Origin: Octopus sinensis | Lineage: Eukaryota | DNA: 64,000 bases | Reading direction: 5' to 3' | Assembly (NCBI RefSeq): GCF_006345805.1 | Contig: NC_043023.1 | Location: 14,322,001 to 14,386,000, forward strand | Part shown: one piece after another, positions 1 to 11,644 of the stretch | How the letters are laid out: the number at the start of each line of letters is the position of its first letter | How positions within the stretch are numbered: the stretch's first letter is position 1 | The notes under the pieces: model-generated | The model's database searches: none | Told to the model about the DNA's origin: nothing | What the model saw: only the letters and a program-made list of their open reading frames with translations | Program-made: the position numbers and the translations under genes

Positions 1-379
1 ACAAAGCCCCAGTTTTGAAGTGGCATTTTATTTTATCAGCCCTGGAAGGACGATGGGCATAGTCAACCTCTGTAGCATTTGAACTTAGAATGTAAAGCTT
101 TGGAAGAAATGCCAAAAAAAGCATTTACTTTGGTGCAGTAAGAACAGGTTCTAATATTCGCAGAGGGCCAAGGATTTTGGAAGGAACAAAGAGGAGAACC
201 ATTGATTGTATGAAACTCAACACATGGCTAGCACCATATTTATTGAGCCCAGGGAGATGAAAGGCAAAGTTGACCTTGGCAGCGTTTTGAACATGGAACT
301 TTAACAAATGTAACCTAATACTGCAAGGTATTTTGTGCGTCATTCTACAAATGCTACCAAATCCATTGACCTGACATCA

Positions 380-810
380 TCATCATCATCATTTAACGTC
401 CACTTTCCATGCTGGCATGGGTTGGATGATTTGACTGAGGACTGGAGAACCAGAAGGCTGCACCAGGCTCCAGTCTGATTTGGCAGAGTTTCTACAGCTG
501 GATGCTCTTCCTAACGCCAACCACTCCGAGAGTGTAGTGGGTGCTTTTACGTGCCACCGGCATGAGGGCCAGTCAGGTGGCACTGGCAATGGCCACGCCC
601 AAATGGTGCTTTTTATGTGCCACCTACACAGGAGCCAGTCCAGTGGCATTGGCAACGACCTCACACAATGTTTCATGGGCCGCCAGGACAAGAGCTGGTA
701 AGGCGACGCAGTAAGGATCACGCTCGAGTGGTATTCTTAATGTGCCATTGGCACAAAGGCCAGCTTGTTGCTCTGGCAACGATCTCACTCGTATGGTACT
801 CTTAGCACTC
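380..810 (-). mobile_element. SINE family B (other copies at about 10120-10450, 12505-12900, 13260-13460, 20360-20540, 34925-35280, 36145-36425, 38670-39000, 39040-39320, 39410-39680)
   Basis: Shared body (ctacagctggatgcccttcctaacgccaaccactcc) and (GAT)n tail. Confidence 0.85.
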
Positions 811-904
811 CACTAGCAACGGATGCCAGTCACCGAATTTGATTTCGACTTCGATTTCACTTGCCTCAACTGGTCTTCGCAAGCAGAGTTGGTAATAATA
901 ATAA

Positions 905-1352
905 TAATAATAATAGATGCAGTACCAGGCAGTGGTTCACATGGCTTCTGATCTTAACTGATTGGAAGTGTTATCATGTACATTGTTTTGTCTTGGTATA
1001 AAAGATGGCCTACAGCAAATATTCTGCTCAATACCACAGATTTGCTTGTCAGTTGTTTGACCGTAACCAGTTGAGCATGTCCCTTAGGTGGTTCGTTCAA
1101 CATCCTTAAACAACCCTTATTCAGGGGCCTTTTGAGTGGGATGGGTTACTCGACCAGAAGAAAATTCTAACTGGACCCAACCTGCAAGGTCATGCGCTGT
1201 TTATCTTGATATGAGATCACCATGTCGCGCACATATGGTTGTGATGCATGTGCCTGGTGTACCCTTATCAGACGGGTAGTCATGATGGGTATACTGGGCT
1301 TTGTATATTTTACCCCAGTGTCACTTTGATGGCATGAACTGCTCTCTCACTC

Positions 1353-1383
<31 letters not shown>

Positions 1384-1385
1384 TT
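905..1385 (+). mobile_element. LINE 3'UTR-like interspersed repeat in (TAA)n, internally deleted copy
   Basis: Homologous to 10490-11090. Both copies are flanked by (TAA)n. Confidence 0.7.
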
Positions 1386-1709
1386 AATAATAATGATTTT
1401 AAATTTTGGCACAAGGCCTGCAATTCTGGTGGAGAGAGCACGAGAATTACATCGACCCCATTACTCCACTGGTTCTTATTTTATTGACCTCAAAAGGACA
1501 AAAGGTTAAGTTACCCTAGGTAGAGTTTGAACTCACAATGTAAAGACAAAGCTAATGATTCTGTCAGCTTTTCCCCTTAATAATCCTATTTACTTTAGGC
1601 ACAAGGCCTGAAATTTTGGGGAGGGGGACTAGTTGATTACATTGACCCCAGTGGTTCACTGGTACTTAATTTATCGACCCCCGGAAGTTGACCATGCCGT
1701 TTGCCTTCG

Positions 1710-1750
<41 letters not shown>

Positions 1751-1793
1751 TAATAATAATAATAATAATATTAATAATAATAATAATAATAAC

Positions 1794-1861
<68 letters not shown>

Positions 1862-2063
1862 TACTATGTAATCTCTGGGTTTAAAACAAACATAATTTTT
1901 GTTTTTTTTTTTTTGGACATTCACTGGTACAACAGCCCCCCCAAAAAAACAAATTTATGGCACACTAGGCATAACAACAACATAAACTTCCAACCTGTTG
2001 TCTCTTGAGGTCTCTGGGTGAGACTTGGAGCCAACTTGTACAAATATAAAGCAGAAGTCAAAC

Positions 2064-2123
<60 letters not shown>

Positions 2124-2135
2124 TAATAATAATAT

Positions 2136-2161
<26 letters not shown>

Positions 2162-2168
<7 letters not shown>

Positions 2169-2630
2169 CTCTAGAACTTTGACTTCCAGACAGACAAGGT
2201 GTTAGAGCACCAAAGGCCGGATATAGTAACCTTTGGGAAGGACAAACAATGGTCCCTAATAATTGATGTGGCAGTGCCAGGAGATCAAGATATCACCATG
2301 AAAGAAAGAAAAAATATTGAGAAATGTGGAGACTGAGAATTGAGATCCCTAAAATGTGGCAACTATGAGAGTCGGACATAAAGGCTATCCCTGTTGTCAT
2401 CAGAGCACTGGGTTCAATACCACCCAATCCGAATAAAAAAAGACCATCTGAAAGCTTTAGAAATATCCCACAATCTAGGTGTGTTGCAAAAATTGGCATT
2501 ACTTGGAACTGCATGCATATTGTGTAAAGAACTGTCTGAGGTCTTTGTTGTGAATTTACGGACAGTGCAAACCCCCAGTAGATACAATATCTTCAATCAA
2601 CAATCTCACGATATTGGATACTGTGCTACG
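2162..2630 (+). mobile_element. 5'-truncated R4/Dong-like non-LTR retrotransposon, restriction-like endonuclease domain remnant
   Basis: Disrupted translation FDFQTDKVLEHQRPDIV..LIIDVAVPGD..LQKLALLGTACIL shows the PD..D RLE motif and the typical C-terminus. It sits next to a (TAA)n tract. Confidence 0.8.
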
Positions 2631-3095
2631 TGGTCGGGTCGTTGGCGACTAAACTGGCAACCCCACCAAGATTTCTTGGTGAGGAGGGTGATTTGGACAC
2701 CCAGCAGGACTAAAAACAAAACCTGTCAAAGGGCAGAGGAACTCTCTCATGAGTCAATGGCCATCCAAAATCCGGAGTGGAGCCCCTAAGGCAGTTGGAT
2801 TGCGCCATGCGTGCCACCTTCCGGCAGCTCCTGCATCTTGGTCTACCCCCAGTCGTCTTGACTTTGTCTTGCCACTGGATCCGGCGCACCAGGACGAGAG
2901 AGTGAGGCTGATCCTGCGCAAGTCACCCTCACTATAATCCAAGTCACGCGCATCTCACGACATCATGACGCCATGACACCATCCCAAAGTCCTGTGGCGA
3001 TGGGGAAACGGCGATGTAGCAGGTGAGGATACACTGGGAGCTGCAGTCGTGAACCCACACACAGGCGGCTCAGGACATGTGGTCGCCCCTCACGT
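2630..3095 (-). mobile_element. Degenerate RTE-like LINE fragment
   Basis: Frame-broken minus-strand translation LRRI..IQWQDKV resembles the post-RT region of RTE-clade LINEs. Confidence 0.45.
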
Positions 3096-3147
3096 CTATA
3101 ATAGTAGTAGTAGTAGTAGTAGTAGTAGTAATAATGATAATAATAAT

Positions 3148-3915
3148 GATACATCTGAAAACTTTAGAAATATCCCACAATCTAGGTGTATTGCAAAAAT
3201 CGGCATTACTTGGAACTGCACGCATATTGTGTAAAGCACTGTCTGTCTGAGGACCTTGTTGTGACTTTACGGACAGTGCAAACCCCTGGTAGACACAATA
3301 TCTTCAATCAACGACATCACGATATTGGATACTGTGCTACGTCTATAATAATAATAATAGTAGTAGTAGTAGTAGTAGTAGTAATAATGATAATAATAAT
3401 GATACATCTGAAAACTTTAGAAATATCCCACAATCTAGGTGTATTGCAAAAATCGGCATTACTTGGAACTGCACGCATATTGTGTAAAGCACTGTCTGTC
3501 TGAGGACCTTGTTGTGACTTTACGGACAGTGCAAACCCCTGGTAGACACAATATCTTCAATCAACGACATCACGATATTGGATACTGTGCTACGTCTATA
3601 ATAATAATAATAGTAGTAGTAGTAGTAGTAGTAGTAATAATGATAATAATAATGATACATCTGAAAACTTTAGAAATATCCCACAATCTAGGTGTATTGC
3701 AAAAATCGGCATTACTTGGAACTGCACACATATTGTGTAAAGCACTGTCTGTCTGAGGACCTTGTTGTGACTTTACGGACAGTGCAAACCCCTGGTAGAC
3801 ACAATATCTTCAATCAACAATCTCACGATATTGGATACTGTGCTACGTCTATAATAATAATAATAGTAGGAGTAGTAGTAGTAGTAATAGTAGTAGTAAT
3901 AATGATAATAATAAT
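3148..3915 (+). repeat. Three 253-bp tandem copies of the Dong-like LINE 3' end with TAA/TAG tails
   Basis: Near-identical ORFs at 3186, 3439 and 3692 with period 253. Sequence matches 2445-2630. Confidence 0.9.
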
Positions 3916-4324
3916 AATAATCCTTTCTACTAAGGGCACAAGGCCTGAAATTTTTGCGGGAAGGGAACTAGTCGATTACATCAATCCTGGGCCTCAACTG
4001 ATACTTATTTCATCGACCCTGAAAAAATGAAGGGCAAAGTTGACCTTGGCACAATTATAATAATAATAATAATAATAATAATAATCCTTTCTACTAAAGG
4101 TACATGGCCTGAAATTTTTGCGGGAAGGGGACTAGTTGATTATATCAACCCCGGGCCTCATCTGGTACTTATTTTATCGACCCTGAAATGAGAAAAGCCA
4201 AATTTGACCTTGGCATAATTATAATAATAATAATAACAACAATAATAATAATAATAATAATAAAAATAAAACTAATAATAATGATGATGATGATGATGTT
4301 GATGATGAAAGACCCTTTTTTAAG

Positions 4325-6178
4325 TTAGCAGAAATCTGTTGTTGTATTTTCAGTGAGCATCATGCTGGCCCTTGTTGTCGAAGAAGGGGTCGGTTCTAAA
4401 AGGGTATGGCCCTCTTTGGTCGGGAAGCACTCATCATTTTTATAGCTGCTCCTTTTGCAGATACTACTGCAGCTGAGCAGCGGACTTCTGTTGAAGAGGA
4501 AGCTGAGCTCCTTGCGGAAGTTCCCGTTGAGCCATGCGTAGAGGACGGGCTTCACGCAAGCGGAACTGATGGCGAATATCTTGAGCGAAAGATCAGTGAG
4601 TTTGAAGTATCTTCCTCGCACGACCTCGAAGTCAAATTCACCGAGGAGCACAAATGTGTTCCAGGGAAACCAGCAGACCGTGAATATAAGAAGTATTGCA
4701 GCAAGCGCCCTGTCGGTGCGCTGTCGACGCACGCTGTGCTTCTTGAAGGTGCACTGCTCCAGCACGAGGTAAATGCGCAGATGAATTGCAGCACTGGCTA
4801 AAAGAGGGATGCAGAATTGCACGACAAACATGCCCGCCCGGTAAACGCGTCTTAGCGTCACCGATGGCCACGCTTCACCGCAGTAGACGAAATGCGTATT
4901 TGCTGAAGCGTCTGGGATTGCATAGAGGTTGGCAAATGCAATCAGTGGAATGGCAGGCACGAATGAAAATACTACTATGGCCGCGACGATGAGAAGGGCG
5001 GTGCGGTGACGTGAAAACAATGATGATGACGGCGACGACGAGGACGTGGAAGATGATGAAGGCTGCAGGAGCGATGAGGAGACAGCGGTGGAGGAGGAAC
5101 CTCCACTGCCACCGCCGCCACCACCACCACCACCACCATCATCACCACCACCACTACCGCCACTTTTGTTACCACACCTGCTAGTGCCACGTCTAAGACC
5201 ACTGAAATTACATCGTCCAAATGTAAGTGTGGGCTGTGGGCCGGGGCTGAGAGCGGACGTGGGTGGTGGTGGTGGTAGAAGCAGCAAGAGGTAGCGATTG
5301 ACAGAAATGGCAAGGATGGACGCCGTAGACACATGGAGCGGAACTGCGAATGTGGGCACGATCACGTGACACAGCCATTTGCCGAAGAACCAGTTCTCGG
5401 TAAGCTGGTAATGCAGCTGGAATGGCAGATTGAACACACAGAGTACGACATCAGAGAGAGCCAGGGTAACAAGGAATACATTGGTGACCCCGTGGAGATG
5501 CTTATTCCGCAAGATCACGTACACGGTCAGCAGATTGCCGACAAGGCCCACTGCAATTACCAGGACATAAATCATCACAATCGCTGCTTTCCAGCCACGA
5601 CCATTCAGCACGTCATACTCCGAGTAACCAAGGTCGGATGTGATGTTAGTGAGGTCGAGGAAAGGAGCAAGCAGCTCGTCCGACAAGGAGACATCATCGT
5701 TTGGCCCGCTGTAAATATCATCGATGGCCGGTATTTCCGCAGTGGTTATTGCAGCCGCTGTTGTTGTTGTTGTCGTGGCTGCGGTTACCGTTGTCGAAGT
5801 AGTTGCTGTTGTTCTTGTAGTAGCAACCGTTGCAGCCACGGCTGCAGCTAACGTCGTCGTTTTTGTTGTCGTCTCAGTCACATGATTAACCCCTATTGTC
5901 GCCATCGCCGCTGCGGCAGTCGTTGTTGCTGCAGTGGTTGACCTTGTAGTGGTTGTAGCAGTTCTGCCGCCATGGCCCCCTAACCTCAGGCCCAATGCCC
6001 CTAGCCCCATCGCTACCGATGCGCCAACAGCAGAACCGGCACTGCTTGACCTCGTGGTGGCCGCTGTGACCACATCCTCCAAGTTATAACGAATGCTTGG
6101 TGATGTAGCTACAATTGTACTCTCGCTAAAAGCCGTCAGATCCAATAATCCAAAATCTGATTCATTCAACACCAACAT
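4325..6178 (-). CDS. Intronless class A neuropeptide GPCR, NPY/sNPF/prolactin-releasing-peptide receptor-like (617 aa)
   Basis: Seven hydrophobic segments with class A motifs: TM1 GLVGN, TM2 TNVFLVTLALSD, TM3 Cys and NRY, ECL2 Cys (YCGEAW), TM5 QFCIP, TM6 CWFPWN, TM7 CVKPVLYAW, helix 8 NFRKEL. Long Thr/Ala-rich N-terminus. An in-frame stop lies shortly upstream of the ATG. The subfamily is inferred from motif resemblance. Confidence 0.9.
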   Translation of the reverse strand: MLVLNESDFGLLDLTAFSESTIVATSPSIRYNLEDVVTAATTRSSSAGSAVGASVAMGLGALGLRLGGHGGRTATTTTRSTTAATTTAAAAMATIGVNHVTETTTKTTTLAAAVAATVATTRTTATTSTTVTAATTTTTTAAAITTAEIPAIDDIYSGPNDDVSLSDELLAPFLDLTNITSDLGYSEYDVLNGRGWKAAIVMIYVLVIAVGLVGNLLTVYVILRNKHLHGVTNVFLVTLALSDVVLCVFNLPFQLHYQLTENWFFGKWLCHVIVPTFAVPLHVSTASILAISVNRYLLLLLPPPPPTSALSPGPQPTLTFGRCNFSGLRRGTSRCGNKSGGSGGGDDGGGGGGGGGGSGGSSSTAVSSSLLQPSSSSTSSSSPSSSLFSRHRTALLIVAAIVVFSFVPAIPLIAFANLYAIPDASANTHFVYCGEAWPSVTLRRVYRAGMFVVQFCIPLLASAAIHLRIYLVLEQCTFKKHSVRRQRTDRALAAILLIFTVCWFPWNTFVLLGEFDFEVVRGRYFKLTDLSLKIFAISSACVKPVLYAWLNGNFRKELSFLFNRSPLLSCSSICKRSSYKNDECFPTKEGHTLLEPTPSSTTRASMMLTENTTTDFC

Positions 6179-6184
6179 TTTGAG

Positions 6185-6815
6185 TAGCTTAATCTGGTTT
6201 GTTCTGGTTTTAGCTAATCCAGATTTAACAAGTTTGTTCTAACCTAGTTTAGTTTGGACAAGTCTCATGTAGTTTAATGTAGTCCCCTCTAACCCAACCT
6301 GTTCTAGAATAAACTGGTTTAATCTGATCTGATCAAGTTTAGTCTACTCCTGTTTTGTTTAATTAGGATTTATCTGGTTTTAATTTAACCTAACTAGTTT
6401 ACCATAGTCTACTTCAATCTAGTTTATGTGGTTAAATCTGAACTGATCTGGTTTAATTTTGGTTCAATCTAGATTAATTTAGCATAGGCTAGTTTAAATT
6501 TGTTTATTTACTCTAGCCTAGTCGAATCTGGTTTAATTTGGTTTGATCTGGTTTAGCCTATGCGGTTTGGACTTGTTTTGTATGGTCTATTTTAACTAGT
6601 ATGGACTGGTTTAAACTAGCATGCACTAATATAGCATAATTTAGTCTAAAATAATGTGGTTTAAGTCTGGTATGATCTGGTTTTGTATGGTAAGGTATGG
6701 TATAGTCTGCTTTAATCTAGTGTGGACTGGTTTAGTCTAGTATGTATATGGTTCATCTAAACAGATTTGAACTGATGTAAACTGGTGTAATCTGGTTTAG
6801 CTTAGCTTAATTTGA
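6185..6815. repeat. Degenerate 5/10-bp periodic repeat (tctggtttaa-like) directly upstream of the GPCR ATG
   Basis: Recurring tctggttt/ctagttt motifs at about 10-bp spacing. Confidence 0.75.
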
Positions 6816-7159
6816 ATTGCTGTCACTTTTACAAGAACAAATTGATAGAAATAAATTAGATAAATTAGACAGCCTGCCTTTCCACAGGAGGTGATTGTCA
6901 CTTGAAAGTTTTCAATCAATGTGGTGTTATGATGTTTCTAAAATTTATCTCCAGTTCCAGCGTGGATGAACTTTGGTGAATATATTCTTTGTGAAGAAAT
7001 TCCTCAAAGTTGTAAACTTTCCAGGATATATCAGTAAAATGTCTCCCCCACCTTTTTTTTATTTTTAAGTTTTTCTGAGATGTCACTGGTGATGGCTGTA
7101 TTCTCAAAGACAATCCGTGGTTTTTCTTTTTTCTTTTTACTCAGTCAGTGGTTATGGAC

Positions 7160-9330
7160 AAGAGATTTGGAATGGTCTGAACTGGATTGAACTGAATTGA
7201 ACAGGCTTGAACTGGAATGGACTGGAATGAACTGGTCAAAGAGTATACACAGAAGCAAGTACTGAATAGGCAGTTGGGCTTTCCTTCTAAGAGTATTTCA
7301 TAGGTGGAGGTCGTCAGTTGATGTTTGGAACCTTTGGAGTATTTACAGGTAAAGGCGGTGAGTATAAAATATTGCTCCACAGAGAATATCTAGTTTTAAA
7401 GGTAAAAGTGGTGAGTATAAATTTTGTACTCCGCTTTGGAGTATCAGGTATTAACAGGCGAAGGTGGTATGTATAAAATTGTGCTCCCCAGAGTAATCAG
7501 TTTTCAAACATGACAGGGGTGAGTATAAATAAGTACTCCTCAGAGAGTATCCAGCGTTGATGGATGACAGTAGCAAGTATAAATTTGTGCCCCTTGGAGT
7601 ATCCAGTATTCACAAATGAAAGTGGTGGGTATATTTTATCGTCCTATTCCGAGAGTCCAATATTCACAGATGAAAGTAGTGAGTATAAATCTATGCTCCT
7701 CAGAGTATCCAGCGTTAACAGATAAAGGTGGTGAATATAAATTTGTACTCCTCAGAGAATATTCACAGGAGAAGGTAGTGATAATAATATTGTACTTCTC
7801 AAAGAGTACCAAGTGTTAAGAAATGAAAGTAGTGGATATAAATTTATGCTACTCAGAGTACTCAATATTCACAGATGAAGGTGGCAAGTATATGTGTGTT
7901 CTCTTTAGACAGTATTCGCACATCGAGAAAGTACGTGAGCAATAGGGCACATCAGAGTATTCACAAATGAAGGGGATGAGTTGAACGTTTGGGCTTTCCT
8001 ACAAAGAGTACTCATAAGCAGAGGTCATGAGTTAGTGTCAGGAACCTTTGAAGTATTCATGGGTGAATGTAATGAGTATAAAAGTGTACTCTTGAGAAAG
8101 TATTTAGATGTCAAAAAATGTGAGCAAAAAAATTAGGGACCTCAGAGTTTGCACTGGTGAGTTGAAGGTTGTACTCCTGAAAGTATTCACAACTGCAGGT
8201 TGTGAGTATAAGGCTGTATTCCTGAGAGTATAGACAGGTGAAAGTCGTGGGTATAAATTTGTACTCCAAAGGGTGTACACACATGAAGATGATGAACTGA
8301 AAGTTGTACTCCTGAGAGTATACACAGGTAAAGTTGGTGAGTATGAGGTATTTTTTAGAGTAATCACAGGTAAAGGTAGTGAGCATAAGATTGTACTCCT
8401 TAGAGTATATTCACTTGTCAAGATGGTGAATCAAAAATTCAGCACCTCAGAGTATCTGCAAATGATGGTCACAGCTGCAGGTCATAAGTATATGTTTGTA
8501 CTCCTGAAAGTATACAAGTAAAGGTGATGTACTCCTTAGGGTTTACAGGTGATGAATGTGAGTATAAGGTTCACCTGAGAGTAATCACAGGTAAATGTGG
8601 AGAGTATAAAATTGTACTCCTGAGAGAGTATTCACAAGTAAAGGCGATGAACTGAAAGCTGTACTCCTTAGAGTATACACAGGTGATGGATGTGACTATA
8701 AGGTTCACCTGAGAGTAATCACAGGTAAATGTGGAGAGTATAGGATTGTACTCCTGAAGGAGTAGTCACAGGTAAAGGCGATGAACTGAAAGCTGTACTC
8801 CTTAGAGTATACACAGGTGATGGATGTGAGTATAAGGTTGTACTCCTGAAAGTAATCACAGGTAAATGTAGAGAGTATAAGGTTGTACTCCTGAAGGAGT
8901 ATTCACAGGTAAAGGCAATGAATTGAAAGCTGTACTCCTCAGAGTATACACAGGCGATGGATGTGAGTATAAGGTTCACCTGAGAGTAATCACAGGTAAA
9001 TGTGGAGATAATGAGATTGTACTCCTGAAGGAGTATTCACAGGTAAAGGCAATGAACTGAAAGCTGTACTCCTTAGAGTATACACAGGTGATGGTTATGA
9101 CTATAAGGTTGTACTCCTGAAAGTAATCACAGGTAAATGTGGTAAATGTAAGATTGTACTCCTAGAGTATATAGAGAATATCAAAGATTCAACACCTCAG
9201 AGTATCTGCTAGTGAATTGAAGGCTGTACTCCTAAAAGTAGTCTAGGTAGGACATACTTCAGAAAGTATCTGCAGAGTAGTGTAGATGGTGAGTAATTCA
9301 AAGCTTGTGTTTTACACCGAGTACTCAGAT
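7160..9330. repeat. Degenerate ~45-50-bp minisatellite with a ~135-bp higher-order trimer
   Basis: Recurring gagtataa..gtactcct..gagta..cacaggt. Trimer starts near 8547, 8682, 8816, 8952 and 9087. Confidence 0.85.
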
Positions 9331-9523
9331 ATCAAGGTGGTGAGTAGAGAGTGGTACTCTTCAAAACAGTCACACGAGGAAGAAGAGATGTGTTGAAGAA
9401 TCTTGTCGGCAGAAATTTTATTATGTTTGCATTGTGCTTTTTGATATTTCTGTGTTTCACATGGCCTTTTTTTTTTTTCTTTTCAGCATCTGTGGAGAGA
9501 GAGACAGAAAAATGATAATAATA

Positions 9524-9554
<31 letters not shown>

Positions 9555-10110
9555 TGCCGTTCATGGCAGTTGCCAGCCTCGTCTGGCACCTGTGCGGGTG
9601 GCACGTAAGAAGCACCATCCGATCGTGGCCGTTTGCCAGCCTCGTCTGGCACGTAAGAAGCACCATCCGATCGTGGCCGTTTGGCAGCCTCGTCTGGCAC
9701 GTAAGAAGCACCATCCGATCGTGGCCGTTTGGCAGCCTCGTCTGGCACGTGAAAAGCACCATCCGATCGTGGCCGTTTGGCAGCCTCGTCTGGCACGTAA
9801 GAAGCACCATCCGATCGTGGCCGTTTGGCAGCCTCGTCTGGCACGTGAAAAGCACCATCCGATCGTGGCTGTTTGGCAGCCTCGTCTGGCACGTAAGAAG
9901 CACCATCCGATCGTGGCCGTTTGCCAGCCTCGTCTGGCACGTGAAAAGCACCCACTACACTCATGGAGTCGTTGGCGTTAGGAAGGGCATCCAGCCGTAG
10001 AAACATTGCCAGATCAGACTGGGCTTGGTGCAGCCTTCTGGCTTCCCAGACCCTGGTTGAACCGTCCAACCCATGCCAGCATGGAAAGCGGATGCTAAAC
10101 GATGAATAAT
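9555..10110 (+). mobile_element. SINE family B copy with the internal 48-bp repeat expanded to about 7-8 units
   Basis: tggcacgtaagaagcaccatccgatcgtggccgtttggcagcctcgtc repeated, followed by the family tail catgc(c/t)agcatggaaagcggacgttaaacgatga. Confidence 0.85.
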
Positions 10111-10489
10111 AATAATAATAATAATCATCATCATCGTTTAACGTCCGCTTTCCATGCTAGCATGGGTTGGACGGTTCGACTGGGGTCTGGGAAGCCAGGA
10201 GGCTGCACCAGGCTCCAGTCTGATCTGGCAGAGTTTCTACAGCTGGATGACCTTCCTAACACCAACCACTCCGTGAGTGTAGTGGATGCTTTTTACATGC
10301 CACCGGCACAGGTACCAGGCGAGGCTGGCAACAGCCGCGATCGGTTGGTGCTTCTTACGTGCCACTGGCATGGAAGCCAATCTAGGTGGCGATGGAACAG
10401 CCACGTTCGGATGGTTCTTTTTATGTGCCACCGGCACAGGTATCACAACTACAATAATAATAATAGCAACAACAATAATAAATGCCCTG

Positions 10490-11043
10490 ATGCAGTACCA
10501 GACAGTGGCTCTCATGGCTTCTATTCTTAACTGATTGGAAGTGTTGTCATGTACATTGTTTTATCTTGGTATCAAAGATGGGCTACAGCAAATATTCTGC
10601 TCAATACCACAGATTTGCTTGTCAGTTGTTTGACCTTAACCAGTTGACCATGTCCCTTAGTGGCTGACGATATGTGTATCTCTGATCACGAGCAGAAGTC
10701 GTGGGAGAGTATCATAGCTGTGTGTTGAGAGGAATTCTTGGAGGTTTGGATAATTCACCTTTGGAAACATGGATGGTTCGTTCAACATCCTTAAACAATA
10801 ATAATAATAATTCAGGGACCTTTTGAGAGGGATGGGCTACTTGACCAGAAGAAAATTCTAACTGGGCCCCATCTGCAAGGTCATGCGCTGTTTATCTTGA
10901 TATGAGATCACTATGTCATGCACATATGGTTGTGATGAATGTGCCTGGTGTACCCTTATCAGACGGGTAGCTATGATGGGTATACTGGGCTTCGTATATC
11001 TTACCCCAGTGTCACTTTGATGGCATGCACTGCCCTCTCACTC

Positions 11044-11090
<47 letters not shown>
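10490..11090 (+). mobile_element. LINE 3'UTR-like interspersed repeat in (TAA)n, longer copy
   Basis: Same family as 905-1385 and ends ctctcactcaataataat. Confidence 0.7.
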
Positions 11091-11091
<1 letters not shown>

Positions 11092-11380
11092 TACAATCCC
11101 ATAAAGTTTGAAATAGAAAGAATTTGGAGCATGCAAGCAGTAAAGCTCATACATTATTTACATTTGATGGATATTTGTCCTCATCTTACTCTTTACTCTT
11201 TACTCCTTCACTTGTTTCAGTCATTTGACATGCCCCTGCTTTATAGGATATAAAATGATACATGCAGACACTATGTATGCATGTATGTATATATGTGGGT
11301 GGATTAGTATCCATGCATACATGTATGTATGTATGCATATCGTTATGTGTAAATATATATATATATATATATATATATAC

Positions 11381-11540
11381 TAAGTAATTAAGGGTTTAGC
11401 AACGATTTGCCTCACCACACACCGAGTTTAGAAATAGCAGTCAAAGAGTTATGGCTATTCTTTCTACTTAAAAGGGAGATCTCAGTAAAACCACAGCACA
11501 GTGTGGTGAGGCAAATCGTTGCTAACCCTCGTATTACTTA
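11381..11540. mobile_element. Small MITE with ~40-bp TIRs
   Basis: agggtttagcaacgatttgcctcaccacac is inverted as gtgtggtgaggcaaatcgttgctaaccct. Confidence 0.65.
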
Positions 11541-11603
11541 ACCTAATTACTTAATTACATGAATCTTCACCCTATTAATTATAATTAATAATTATATATA
11601 TAT

Positions 11604-11644
<41 letters not shown>

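Noticed and set aside
5062-5180. Cryptic intron removing the GPCR ICL2 insert
   Set aside because: The donor is phase 2 and the acceptor phase 0, so splicing would shift the frame.
4406-5851. Plus-strand ORFs overlapping the GPCR
   Set aside because: They are antisense shadows of a GC-rich coding strand.
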